A stretch of 64,000 nt of DNA from positions 1-64,000 of the forward strand of contig CAVXZB010000041.1 in assembly GCA_963765895.1 (NCBI GenBank), given 5' to 3'. Source of the stretch: an uncultured Nitrososphaeraceae archaeon (GTDB lineage Archaea; Thermoproteota; Nitrososphaeria; Nitrososphaerales; Nitrososphaeraceae). The translations under genes were made by a program, and so were the position numbers. How positions within the stretch are numbered: the stretch's first letter is position 1; each line of letters begins with the position of its first letter. Under the pieces are notes generated by a model, which did not search any database, was not told where the DNA came from, and worked only from the letters and a program-made list of their open reading frames with translations. Positions 47,453 through 59,393 of the stretch are shown one piece after another.

Positions 47453-48750
47453 AATACTGATAAAAACATCTTATTATATAGGATTATTGTTATTTATTGT
47501 GAGAAGGTAATTGCCTTCGGTACTATGTTCAATATACGTTGTTACTCTTATTCTGTAGAACCATATCAAAACTGCTTGATGCTCGGAATAGCGTATCACG
47601 TGTTAAACAAACTAGAATAAGTCCATTGGATATGCACCCACAACCATTAAAATATTTTTAAACTAATCCTGCAACCCTATTTCTTTACACTAGATGTTAA
47701 TGACTAGTAATCTATGCTTTAAGACAAGTCTGAAATTATGATTACATATCAACATTTCATAGTGCTCGATCAGAATTATGACAAATCTTGTCCAGAATAG
47801 GGCCAATTTATTAACCCCTCAATAGAATTTCTTCTCCCACCTTGAATAATCGTGGCCTTGTACCATTACTCAAAGGAAAGCCATTTATTGCTGACAATGG
47901 ATTTTGTGGAGAACAATAAAATATCGACATGTATACTAGCATAACAAAGATGAGCATCTATTTCCACTAGTTAGAAGAGTAATAATATTCTTGTAAGAGA
48001 TCTAAAAGCTTATGCAGTCTGAGTTACTGCCGCACATGACGATGTCAAAAAGTGAACTATCATGAATTATATGTATAATACTGCAGTCTACTTTGAGGGT
48101 AGGGACAGGCAAGTTGCATTAAATTGTTAACGTTTTTACACAGATTATTGGCACTCTGCACTGCAAACATATCCAAGAATCATGTGACTAAGGCTCCAAA
48201 AATGCAGAGCCAGGGATAAATTTCATGACCCATGTCTATCCCAGTCGCTGTATATTTTTTCTGCATTTATGAGTACAGTATATTTTCTGTAGAATTCACT
48301 ATATCTTATATAGATATGAGTTATAATTTGTACAAATATATCGTCCAAGGTGTCAGGTAGTTCTGATTATTTTGCGATGTTACAAAGGCAAAAAGATGCA
48401 GCATGATCTTCCTCTGGCTTTCAATACGTAAAAGCATAGAGTAGAGTAAATTATCGAGCATAGGGATGGTAAGTATGATAGATTATTATAATAGACATAA
48501 AAGAAAGATTAAATTTTTTACTACCTTACTTTACTCCATTGAAGCCCACTTACCAATCAAATGACACGGGAATGAATAAAAGGTCTATGACATCAATATA
48601 GCCCCAGTTTACAAATATCAACCAAATTCACTGATACTCGTTGTATATTATACAAATCAATCGATGATTTATCCATTACATTCCCCATCTGAAACTATCA
48701 TAGGCAACATAGAAGTCCTTTCGGATATAAGTGGCAAACCTGACCATATA

Positions 48751-48766
48751 TTTTCGGCGCCGAAAA
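48751..48766. repeat. perfect 16-bp palindrome TTTTCGGCGCCGAAAA
   Basis: Read directly. Confidence 0.9.
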
Positions 48767-49017
48767 ATTTTGATCTTTATACAGTACACTATCATGGGAT
48801 GAGAGAAAAATAATCCAAGATGAAAGTCTTAGTTACACGGCTTCGATTGTTACTTATTGATTAAGATAGCATCAGATTTTATTTTACTATACTAATGGTT
48901 TGTACAAAGGTCTCTATTTGGATTTCAAGCATCTATTTTGGCATTACTGTGATCTTATTACGCTACACATGAGGAAAAAACTTAATAGATATATCATTAA
49001 TCATGTGATAGAACTAC

Positions 49018-50094
49018 TTGAAAACTATGCTAATGATCTCCATTATTTGTCTCATAGTAATATCGTTGTTTTTACTGCCCGCTCAAAATCTACATGTGAT
49101 ATTAGGCCAACCGGCTCAAACAGCTAATTCTTCAAGTGATTCTGGTCTAATCAATACTACGAATAGGACTACAAGCATTGCAAATGCAGTAAAAAATGCT
49201 ACAAATAATATTACTAAGAATTTGAATGCGAGCATTGCAAATGCAGTAAAAAATGCTACAAATAATATTACTAAGAATTTGAATGCGAGCATTGCAAATG
49301 CAGCTGCATCTAAAGTTAATGCTGCAACAGCAGTGAATCCTACTGCTGCGGTTAAGGTGATTGTTGACAGTAATCTTCCTTACATTTTCATATTTCTAGT
49401 CTTTTTTATGCTGATTATTCCATTGGTCTTGGACCTATGGTTAGCTTACCGACGAAAGTCTGCAAATACTGACAAAGCAAATGCCCGGATTGCAGGGATC
49501 CCGGGATTGTACAGAGCTCTAATGACGTTTGGTGTTATACTACTAGTAGGTACAGTTATATTCTATATTCTTGCTCTTATCACATTTAGTATAAATGTTC
49601 CAAGCCCAGTTCTGCAATCTTTAATCGATTTGTTAAAGAACCTCGGCACTATACTTGGTACGGCATTGGCGACAATAATTGCATTCTATTTTGGAATGAG
49701 AGGTGCAGAGTCGGCTGCAGAAAAAGCCGTTGCTGCTACAAAGCCATCGGGAACAACAGGAACAACAGGAACAACAGGAAATCCGAGCATAGTAAGTATT
49801 TCGCCTAATGATGGAGCATCTACCGTAGCGGTAGATTCTGATATTCGTGTTGGATTCAGCGAGCCGGTGGACAAAACAACTGTTAATGTTAACTCATTTT
49901 CGCTAAAGGATAGTAATAATAATCCACCTAAAACAGGGACAGTCTCACTAAGTACTGATGGTAAAACTGCAACCTTTAAACCTGATACATCGTTATCTGC
50001 AAATACTACTTACCATGTTACAGTTTCTGGAGTAAAGGTGCTGTCGGATCTAAGGCCGATTCCCATTAAAACTTGGTCGTTTACTACCAAGTAA
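49018..50094 (+). CDS. membrane protein with Asn/Ala repeats, 3 TM helices and C-terminal Ig-like (Big_5/SbsA) domain
   Basis: Signal peptide; IIAFYFG TM motif; PSIVSISP..FSEPVD..TTYHVTV..WSFTT. Confidence 0.8.
   Translation: MKTMLMISIICLIVISLFLLPAQNLHVILGQPAQTANSSSDSGLINTTNRTTSIANAVKNATNNITKNLNASIANAVKNATNNITKNLNASIANAAASKVNAATAVNPTAAVKVIVDSNLPYIFIFLVFFMLIIPLVLDLWLAYRRKSANTDKANARIAGIPGLYRALMTFGVILLVGTVIFYILALITFSINVPSPVLQSLIDLLKNLGTILGTALATIIAFYFGMRGAESAAEKAVAATKPSGTTGTTGTTGNPSIVSISPNDGASTVAVDSDIRVGFSEPVDKTTVNVNSFSLKDSNNNPPKTGTVSLSTDGKTATFKPDTSLSANTTYHVTVSGVKVLSDLRPIPIKTWSFTTK
49174..49303 (+). repeat. 57-bp tandem repeat (2 copies plus a partial) encoding SIANAVKNATNNITKNLNA
   Basis: Exact duplication seen in both DNA and protein. 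Confidence 0.9.
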
Positions 50095-50504
50095 ATTTCA
50101 TGTCATAAAAAACTATTCAATTTATAACAAGGTCACTTTGCTATATTCAATTCTATAAATCTGGGATTACGAGGGTTTATGAGATTTAATATCCAATATA
50201 CTCAGTTTGGTAACTGGTTTGTTGGTTCTCATAACTTAAGATATCTGAATTCCTATTTTAAGGATAAAATTACATGATGCTACAATAAATTAGAATTTAA
50301 TCAAGCAGTTAAATTAGAAGTTATTAATACAGCGATACTAAATATAATTCATATAGAACTCGATCCCATTTGCGAGAATGTAGATGACATGATTTGAACA
50401 CTGCTGTAAGCCTGTTGAGACGACATGAAATGCATACGAGAAGGATCTGCTAGATATTTCTCAACCAATCTAGTGCCTAACTATCGATTTGATTCAGACT
50501 CAAT

Positions 50505-50522
50505 TTTTTCGGCGCCGAAAAA
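50505..50522. repeat. palindrome TTTTTCGGCGCCGAAAAA
   Basis: Read directly. Confidence 0.9.
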
Positions 50523-50619
50523 TGATTCTATCTTAGTTAGTCGTTAGGATAAAACTCGTTCGATTCAACTAAACTAGTGTTACCAGAGGATGTAATAGAC
50601 TTCAAGATGAAAATGGAAT

Positions 50620-50718
50620 ATGAGTTCTAAACTTAAAGGCATGGGATGGTTGAGATCCCATTGATACAAGAGATTTTTCTCGTGAGCATCCTAGAGTCCA
50701 GAAAATTCTGACAAGCAA
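50620..50718 (+). pseudogene. C1 peptidase 5' fragment, identical to 61132-61230
   Basis: 99-bp exact repeat encoding MSSKLKGMGWLR/PIDTRDF. Confidence 0.75.
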
Positions 50719-50724
50719 TGATAC

Positions 50725-51037
50725 TAAAAAACTTAAGTCAACAGCGAATCCCAATGATACAAACTCTTTAATTGTTTTGACATTTTCATCAGCATTCATG
50801 GAGTTATATAACCGAAAAGATACGGTCGACTTATAGTACTGTACTAGAGACCAAAGCCACGGATCTGGCATTCTATCAAATTCTTCCGGGTCATCAGTAT
50901 AGAGCCAGTAATACTCATTTGGAATCCCAAAGAGTCTTATAGCTCCTAATGTTGTACAAATAGGGGGCGCTATAATCACCTATACCTTCTCGACCCATAA
51001 GCAATCTTGTCGCCTTATATAAGAAGAGTCCTGAACC
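50725..51037 (-). pseudogene. C1A (papain-like) peptidase middle fragment
   Basis: SGLFLYKATRLLMG, TTLGAIRLFGIPNEYYW, KTIKEFVSLG. Confidence 0.65.
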
Positions 51038-51467
51038 GGCTCTGTAGAAATCATATCATACAGTCAAGCTTTGTAAGAGTATAATACCAATAGTCTATTG
51101 AAAGAATCAAGATACGTTAGACTTGCAGATACTACTATGCGCCGTGTTTTGAAACATGCAAGGATCCCTCTATTTTCTAATAGGAAAAGTAATCACATAT
51201 TTATAATATGGCAACATATTGTTCTGATTACAATCCGACAGTACGAAGATAAGAGTTATAGAATGTTGTTTGTGGATTGTTGGTTGTTCGAGGCATGTTA
51301 CCCTAAGGTCGTTTCTACGATTGTCACGCATTCCTCATTTTACAACATTGCAAAAGTTTACAGACAGAATTGGCAATTCATTGCTCGAAAGGATAATTTC
51401 ATCATTCATTGTAATAAGCGGTACCAAACATATCTTTGTAGGAATAGATTCAACAGGATTCAAGATA
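51038..51467 (+). mobile_element. left portion of a defective IS5-family variant
   Basis: Starts GGCTCTGTAGAAA; frameshifted transposase 5' half matches the reverse complement of ~61936-62350. Confidence 0.85.
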
Positions 51468-51894
51468 GTATATATCTCATACTTCATTTAGAATAGCCTC
51501 ATTCTGATAGAAGATGTTGCTCGCAGAATGAAGTCTACCTACATATAATCGAATTCTTTGTAGTAATGTGTCTGAAGGAGTGAGGCTGTCTTTTTGTTCT
51601 GTGCCCTCTTATTTTGTTTATAGTATGTTTTTGGTAACAAGGCACCAAGTACAATAGTATCAAATTACCAAATTTTTAATTTGGCATAATAGATGCCTAT
51701 TTCAGAAAGTGTAAAATCAAATATTTCAGCATCGAAAATATTTGATAGTCTGGAGCTGTTACTGTACATTATCAAATAAAGCCATGATGCTGCATCTTCT
51801 TTTTTCCCACCGATTCCTTGGGGCTGGACAAACATGTCTACTTTACATCATCCAACAAGTAAAAAGCATATTCTAATAAGCATACCAATATGTA

Positions 51895-52999
51895 TCATAA
51901 CCAAGTTGGCTGGGATGGATGCTGTGAATAAAACTTCTTTAGTTTATGAATATCATGTAAAAACCATTCAGTTATCCATTCAGTATAATTCTTAGAAACA
52001 ATCTCACTTGGAAAATAATCTTTAGTAATTCGAATTATTGCATGAGCAGCTTTCATTCCAGACATTATTCCTTTTAGCACTCCATGTGAAGAGGCAGGGT
52101 CTAACACAGCTGCTGCATCACCCACTATAAAGTAACCTGAGCCTGCTGGTTGAAGTACCCGTCTCCAAGTAACGTCGGCACCATGCATAGATTTAATCGG
52201 CTCGAGTCCTTCAAATTCATCTGGAAGCCAACCATAAGGAATAATTATTTTATTATTATTATCGCTCATATTGAAATATAACTGCGTCCACTGATAAAGA
52301 TGCTTTTCTATTTTCAGCTGTCCATGTCCAGCCTTCAGTAGTGAGAACAATGGCCGGCTCTTCATCACGAGATGGGCATTCTCCTTTCGCATATCCATAG
52401 TAAGCAAATAGTGGTATAGAATGCTTCTCTATTACCAGTTTCAATCTTCGTGCAAGCCAATGTATTCCTCCAGCTGCATCTATCACAAAATCTGCCAGAA
52501 AATTTCCGCAAGTTGTTTTTACACCAACGACCTTTCTATTACAATCCAATATAATATCTAATGCTTGGCATGGTTGTAACACGCAGACACCACACTTTTG
52601 TGCTCGTTTGAGAAGAATACTAGCCAATGTTGCACGCCAAGCCTGGTAGCCTAGCCAAGGACCTTTTTCATCCCTGCCAAAAGTGATTAGATTACGTCTA
52701 CTGTTATTCTTATCATCATCATTGTTTCCACTATTCCATATTGTCCATATGCCCTTATGTCGAACAAAGTTTGCTGCCTGAATATCTTCTTTTATACCCA
52801 GTTTATCAAACAGGATTTCTACTCCTGGATGCAGAGTCTCTCCTGGTCTATTACGAGGAAACTCTATAGATTCTATTAATGTAACTCTAAGACCAAATTT
52901 TGCAGCCCAGATAGCAGCTGATGTCCCAGCAGGCCCAGCACCGATAATTAATATTTTTGTATTATGGAGTTTGGACCAGTCCCCAATTTCCATTTTCAA
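51895..52999 (-). CDS. FAD-dependent oxidoreductase, LodB/GoxB or halogenase-like, one frameshift near 52310
   Basis: IIGAGPAG, RPGETLHPG, FVIDAAG, EGWTWTA, VGDAAAVLDPASSHGV. Confidence 0.82.
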
Positions 53000-55317
53000 C
53001 CCTGATTAAAACTGTACCAAGTGAACCAGTACCAACAAAAAATGTAATCCTTTTCTTTATATCTACAACGACCTTTTTAAAATCTCCTCCTGATTCATGA
53101 TGCGAATTGCCAACATTACAAAGCTCAATTCTATATATATCCTCCTTTAATACCGTTTGTCCAGTCGGGTCCGCCTGGATTTGGGCTTGTTTAAACTCTG
53201 GATCGGTTACAGATATTTCCTTAAAGGAAAGTACAGGCCATTTTATTTTCATAATATTACCTGGAACGCGGAGCGCTTTAGGAATTGTTTTATACGCTGT
53301 TGCCAATACTAAAATCCTTGATTTGTATTTATTAATATCTACTTGTCCAGTGAGTTTCAACGTAAATTTATTTTGCAACATATTCTTCACATAATCAACA
53401 TAGTCAAAATCCAAATATTCGATTTGAGGTCTGTTTTGCATATTAATAATCTTTGGACCAACTGCACCATCCCATGGAATATTGCCGCTTCGACCCGTTT
53501 CTTCATCTGTCAAAGGACTAACTGTTGGCGATGGTCACTGGATTGCCCCAAAAGCTCCTACTGGCATCAGGTGCAACTGCAGGCCAGAAAGAGCTTAGAG
53601 CGAGCACATAACTTTGAATCTTCAGGAAAAGGACTGCCAAGGCCGTATGACGCCAAGTGAGCGACGTCTCTGGAAACATCCAAACTTACATCCCAACCAG
53701 GAGCAAATACTCCTGAAGCTGCCATCTGGAAGATATGCGTGCCTCATTGTTTGTTCAGTCTGAGGAGAAAATGTCGTTTGAATACGATCCTTTATTGGCA
53801 AGGACACTATAGCAGTCACACTATCATCATCATTACTAAAAGGAAAATGTACATTTGAAGGATTGTTTAACTCCAGGTTTGGTGAAATGCGTTCATCGGA
53901 TAAGGGATCAAGATTATCACTCCACACAGGATCAACCAACTTTGAAATGCCTGAAGTATGAGCCCAATCCATTAATTCACCCTGATCCACATTAGGAAAA
54001 AAATCAGGTGCAGTAACGAGAGAATAGGCAGGCTTATGATCTTTAATATTAATATCCAATTGGGGGGCATGAAACGTCGATCCAACCATCCCCAGTGAAA
54101 TCTATAAAGTGTACTGCAGAATATTCTCCATCTCTTACTATCTTAAGCATGTTCTCATCATCATTAAGATCTTCAATCCTGTCGTCATCATCTATACGCT
54201 GACGCACATGTTACATATTCCGGAGCATGACGACCAGCGACTGGGTTAATCGATAAAGTCGAAGGAAAACCTTCATTAATTATGTTCTGATTTCCAGCTT
54301 GTTTTGGAACTTTGAAAGTAAGTGGTTTCCCCTGAAATTCAGCAACTTCTATCAGGTTGATATGTACAGTAGGGTCCTAGTAATCCTTGTCCAAAATCTG
54401 GATTAGTTGATAATTCAGCAATACCTGTTGTAAATTTGTAAGGTGGCTTATTAAGAGTGGCATCGTCTACCTTAGGGTAACCAGGTATTCCAGGTGAGGT
54501 AGCAGATCCTTGTAATTGCATGTGAATTCTTTTAATCTTCTCGTTAACATGATGCGCAAGCAAGGAGACATTCAAGTGAACACCTTTGATACATGCCTCT
54601 CCATCGAAAAGTTTGTGTAAGGGAACCCAGAATTTTCTTGTTGTATCTGGTTCAAACTCTTTCGAACTTGAAATAAAACGCATTGGTCCAAAAAGCTTAC
54701 CATCGCCGCCACTCATTTGAATAGCGATATACGCCGAATATTTGGCAGGTAACACGCGAAAGCCAAAGTCATTATTTTTATCGAAGGGTAAAAATCCCCT
54801 GCGGCGATCATCGTATAATACTTCTGCATTACCAACTCTACAAACTCCAGTCCGTGAAAAGCATAAATCTGCATGTCTTTGATGGACAGTTTCTGATGCT
54901 GGACGATATTTCTGTTGCAAATACCACAATTGAAATTGGCTGTCCTTGAGACTGAGCCATCAGTTGCTGAATAGTAGGAGCCTGTACTCCATAAACATAA
55001 TTTTCTATAGTTTCGATTTCTGCTAATGTAGGAAAAGCATCAAGTTCTTTGCCATTGACTCCATTTATTACATTAGGAGATGCAAGAGCATGAAAAAGCA
55101 AACTTCTGGCTGGGATACCAGGCTCTATACCACGCTTTCCTTCGGCAGCAAAATCAGTAAAACCATCTATGTTTCGCTTAATACTTGGAAGTTCTTTTAA
55201 AAGCTCATTTTCTAAATTGTTTACTGTAATATCTAATCCATGTTCTAAAAGAAGGTCACGCCATCCATGTGGAGCTAACCGGTTGCATACCTTCTGTACT
55301 TCATCTATTAAGGCCAT
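52962..55317 (-). pseudogene. large (~780 codon) uncharacterised protein, multiply frameshifted
   Basis: ORFs 54838-55317, 54339-54929, 53622-54089 and 52962-53513 are collinear on one strand, with protein-like linking segments in other frames. Confidence 0.7.
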
Positions 55318-55881
55318 AACGGTTAGGTTGATGGATATAATATAAAGATTTTCGCTTGATGGTAAATCACACTTAAATTAGAATTAAACCTTTAGTTTTC
55401 AATATTCTAATTCCTTATTTTCAAAAGAAAGTAGGAAGCCCTCAAATAGTAACGAACTATTAATATTCTAGCGTTCATTTTCTATAGGAACCAGTATGGA
55501 AGAACGAAGGGGTACTCAAAGGTCAGTGCCTTGAGAAACCACCAATTATAGACTTTATAGGAGTAAAAGTGACGAAAAACCAGTTTGCTTATGACTCAAA
55601 ACTCAACTACTTTTCGGATAGGCTCTAAGTGACTTACTACTTTTTCCTATGATTAGAGAGCATAGATATCACTTGTCTTACTAGTTCTCTGGCTCCAATT
55701 GGCTTTCCTATGAAATACTTTGCATCTAGTCTGATAAACTGTTCCATTGTTAGACGACTAGTATGAAGAGTAATTCCGCAGTTGCTGCCTGCTCTTAGCC
55801 TGATTTCTAGGATAACCGAATCTTGTTATCTAACTAGATTCCTTACGTGCTTAATAATATCTAGTACCTGATTAGCAATAG

Positions 55882-56616
55882 TTGGCTAGTAAGATAGTTA
55901 CTGTACTTGTGACTATAACAATCATAGCATTAGCGGCTTCCACTGCTGCAGTCTCTTCGACAACTACTATAGCAAAAGCCCAGAGCGAAAACGCCATGCA
56001 ACACGCTTGCCCAGCTGGGACCATATCCTCCAGTCAAGGACAATGCATAGTCCAGACAACTACGACAGTCCCCAGGATCTGCCCGACGCCACCGGGTACC
56101 ACTTCGCAATTTGATCCTAGTTCTATAGGCCGAAATCTAAAGTGCACGGTTACATTTCCAGACAACTCAGTACAGAGTATGAACACTTGTCTAAGTTTAG
56201 GTGGTCATGATATTATTCAGCTGATAAGCCAATACAATCCACCCATATGCCTTAATGTACCGCAAGTATGTCCACCAGGCTATACTATAACAAATACAGG
56301 GTGTATAACGACGACCACAATGCAGAACAAGACCACTTCAATTGGAACAAACTTTACTCAATTACTAGCCGGAAATAAGGAGTTCCAAAGTTGCTCTGGG
56401 AGTATTTGTGTCCCTACAGTAGATGTAGTTTATCAGGGTCCAATAATGCTATTATTCAAGTCAGGTCACATAGATACCATTTGGAAAGCGGTTGAATTGG
56501 CCAAGAAAAAAGGATACAAGATCGATGGCATGTCTACATACACAACAACATCACAAAACCTTGGTGGGGGGACTAGTGGAACAGTGAATACACTAGTTGC
56601 AATGTCAAAAGGTTAA
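55882..56616 (+). CDS. secreted Cys/Thr-rich protein
   Basis: Signal peptide; CPAG, CPTPPG and CPPGY repeats. Confidence 0.7.
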   Translation: MASKIVTVLVTITIIALAASTAAVSSTTTIAKAQSENAMQHACPAGTISSSQGQCIVQTTTTVPRICPTPPGTTSQFDPSSIGRNLKCTVTFPDNSVQSMNTCLSLGGHDIIQLISQYNPPICLNVPQVCPPGYTITNTGCITTTTMQNKTTSIGTNFTQLLAGNKEFQSCSGSICVPTVDVVYQGPIMLLFKSGHIDTIWKAVELAKKKGYKIDGMSTYTTTSQNLGGGTSGTVNTLVAMSKG

Positions 56617-57735
56617 ACTTAACCTGTCTTGATAACCAAGGTTTGGTTAGTTTCTTCGAAAGCGAGAGCTCTTGCACATCTATAGAAGTATTTGGCCTCA
56701 CTCTAAAACCTGAGATTGGTAAAATCAATGTCAGAAATTAGCGACGTTGCAGCGATCGTAGCGTTGATTGCCTCTGCGCTTATATTCTGGTTCGATTATA
56801 GTCGAACAAGAAAATCAGAGCAGATCAAAATTAGCAGGGAACTGACGGGTAGATAAACTATGAAGATTCAAAAGTTAAATGGCGTCACAACTAAAAGTAG
56901 TAGGTACTTTCCTCAGCAGCATGATTCCTATAGTGATCTCGATAATTACGCTATATATGAAAATAACAGGCAAATATCTAGACCGACAGTAAAATTTGGA
57001 TTGTCTAGTAATGGTCAGATTAATAGACTCCTAGATCTCTAACGATATTGCAAATGATTTCGTGCTAAGTGGTTTAGTCCTTCGATAGTAACGATTTCTG
57101 ATAACGGTATAAAAATGGTGTTGGAAGTTTATGAACGGCTAATCTATCAGTTTGGCTTTGGCTTTGATTTAGCCGCTGGTACCAGCGCCGCTGGTATACT
57201 ACCAATGATTATAAATCATCAGTTTTATAACTAAACATTATTTGTTAAGAATAAAAATTAATGTCTTCCAATAATAGAGCAGTTCTAGCAGATCTCATAT
57301 CTATCCCATTGCTAAGTAGGCGTAATGTCAAACAAAAATGAAATACTAAAAACGGATTTCTTACAGCACTAGTTGCGTTCGGAATGATAGGAGTATTCGC
57401 TGACGTATAGGCACCGGGCGACGGGATTGTCAGTTCGGCACATGCATTTTTTTCTCCCTGTCACCACCACCACCCAATGAACGAACTGGACTCCCTAATA
57501 TTTGTTAATACGGTCTGATTCAAGTCCCGGTTCTCCCTATCTTTTTTTCTGTCAGTATTATAAGATATATGACATAGCCCTCTTTTCCGCTGGTATATAG
57601 CAGAGCCGAACCTAATCCGAGATATGGAGCAAACCCTAGCTACAGTAAACATGTTACTAGACCAGATAGAGCAGAGCGTAGGATGGGCTTTTTATTTCCC
57701 CTCTGCAAAACCAGAAGTAAGAGGTAGTATCAGTC

Positions 57736-57875
57736 ATGTCGCAACTCTACTACAATCGGAATAAAAATAAGGAACAGGTACAGTGTCACCGCTGCAGGTA
57801 TCAATGGAGAACAGCAAGATGTATTTAGTAAGTTGCCCTCACTGTGGCTTAAAAAGTGGACCTAACATGGCATAA
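57736..57875 (+). pseudogene. small zinc-ribbon protein, frameshifted
   Basis: VQCHRCRYQWRT / SKMYLVSCPHCG. Confidence 0.5.
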
Positions 57876-57918
57876 TCAAATGTAGTGAAGTGTCTATAGT
57901 CGAATGATAAACAATCTA

Positions 57919-57970
57919 AACATGCATAGATTGACTAGTCTTGTGAGATTAATGATGATTTTGACAAAGC
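57919..57970 (+). mobile_element. degenerate right end of the IS5-family element
   Basis: aacatgcatagattgactagtcttgt..atgatgattttgacaaagc resembles the IS 3' end. Confidence 0.55.
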
Positions 57971-58227
57971 TTCCGTAATGACAAAAGTAAATAGCCCATA
58001 GCTAAGGATCGTATTACTATTAAATCACTTCCAATAGCGACCATGTATCTGGTTATAATTTGTGTGTATACCAATGTCGTACTGATATCGCTAGCATATT
58101 GTTTTAGTACAGTTCAGATATTTAGATCTTCAACCTATCTATGCTGTCGTCTTAAGGTAGGCTGCATCTGCATTTAACTTATGCACAATTTGTATCCTAG
58201 GTAATATGTATTCTCAAGTTCTGTGCT

Positions 58228-58289
58228 ATTTGACGCATTTGATCAGACTATTTGACGGATTACTTGACTTATTTGACTGCTTATCCGAC
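58228..58289 (+). promoter_or_regulatory. second ATTTGAC array (six sites, three degenerate)
   Basis: Sites at 58228, 58237, 58250, 58262, 58271 and 58283; homologous to the reverse complement of 30459-30520. Confidence 0.7.
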
Positions 58290-58352
58290 TCGTCAAAATG
58301 AAAGCGAGCTTATATATTGTTAGTGTATTTTGTGATGTGGTAGACACTAATC

Positions 58353-59195
58353 ATGCCAGCGGCTATTTCTGAAATGATTAAATCTAAAGTAATATGTCAA
58401 TAGCTTCAAGGCCTTAGCAGAGACACAATAGCACAGGACAATAGCATTAGCACTGGAGCAGTTAGCAATATTATTAACTATTGGAGTATCGCTCTTGGGA
58501 AGCCTGAAGATGGATGCATTCCGGGAGTTAGCAAAAGTACTCAATATGGCTGGATCTTACTCCAGCCCAGCGTGCGATTGGTTTTAGAACTATGAAATTG
58601 TTAAGTGGGCAGAACATAGATGCGGAGGTAGGCAGCACAATTTATCGAGGATACGTACAAAGATGCAAAGAATTTGATATTACGCCAAGTAGATTTGGCA
58701 CTTGTATAGAAGCACTTGTCAAGATTTCAGATGGTCACCACATTCCCTTACCTAAGATTGAAGACTTCCTACACGAAAGGCTAGACAAAAAGAATAAAGT
58801 AGAAAGAGAACTCGAAAATTTATACAGTAAGATCCCTGCTGCAAAAAATCAAATGTCAGAAATTGAAAAGGCCGGGGACATGGCTTTGCAACAAAAGAAA
58901 ATGGCAGATTTTGAGATCATGTCGTATACTAATGCAAAGCAAGTATTGGATATATGATGTATCTATCAACGAAGATCTTCCCAAACTTGCGAACATTATT
59001 AAATGCATTGAAAAATATGGAGACGATACCAAGAGGCTAATTCAGAACTTAAAGATATCCAGCATTTAGATGGCAAAAAACGAGCGCTAGAGATAGCTAC
59101 AGTAGAACTAGAAGTGCGTGTTGCGAACTTTCAGCAAGAATCTTTGTTGCAAGACAAAATCTGTATACATTAGGAAAATTTACCTGTGTATAATC
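58353..59195 (+). pseudogene. decayed, truncated paralog of the HTH/coiled-coil gene at 29103-30395
   Basis: MPAAISEMIKSKVICQ*LQG, CAIGFRTMKLLSGQNIDAE, ALQQKKMAD, HLDGKKRALEI. Confidence 0.85.
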
Positions 59196-59393
59196 ATTAC
59201 AAATTATATATGATTGCATAGTGAATATAGACAATAGAGTGGAAAGATAAGCACGGAAATAGCTTCTACTTTACATTTGCACATTAGCATATGAATTGTA
59301 TTTACTTGGGCTTCATTACTATCGTTACTTGCCAGAGGTGTTATCATGACAGATCTAATTTCCTAATACAAATTTGATGAATCCTTGCAATCT

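Noticed and set aside
50602-50979. 125-aa ORF (and 61057-61308) as genuine proteins with a shared domain
   Set aside because: The shared segment is the antisense reading of the duplicated 99-bp peptidase 5' end; the first ORF is a chimera.
43432-52999. LodA fragment and the FAD enzyme as one lodAB operon
   Set aside because: They are about 8 kb apart, in the wrong order, and the flavoprotein overlaps a different upstream gene.
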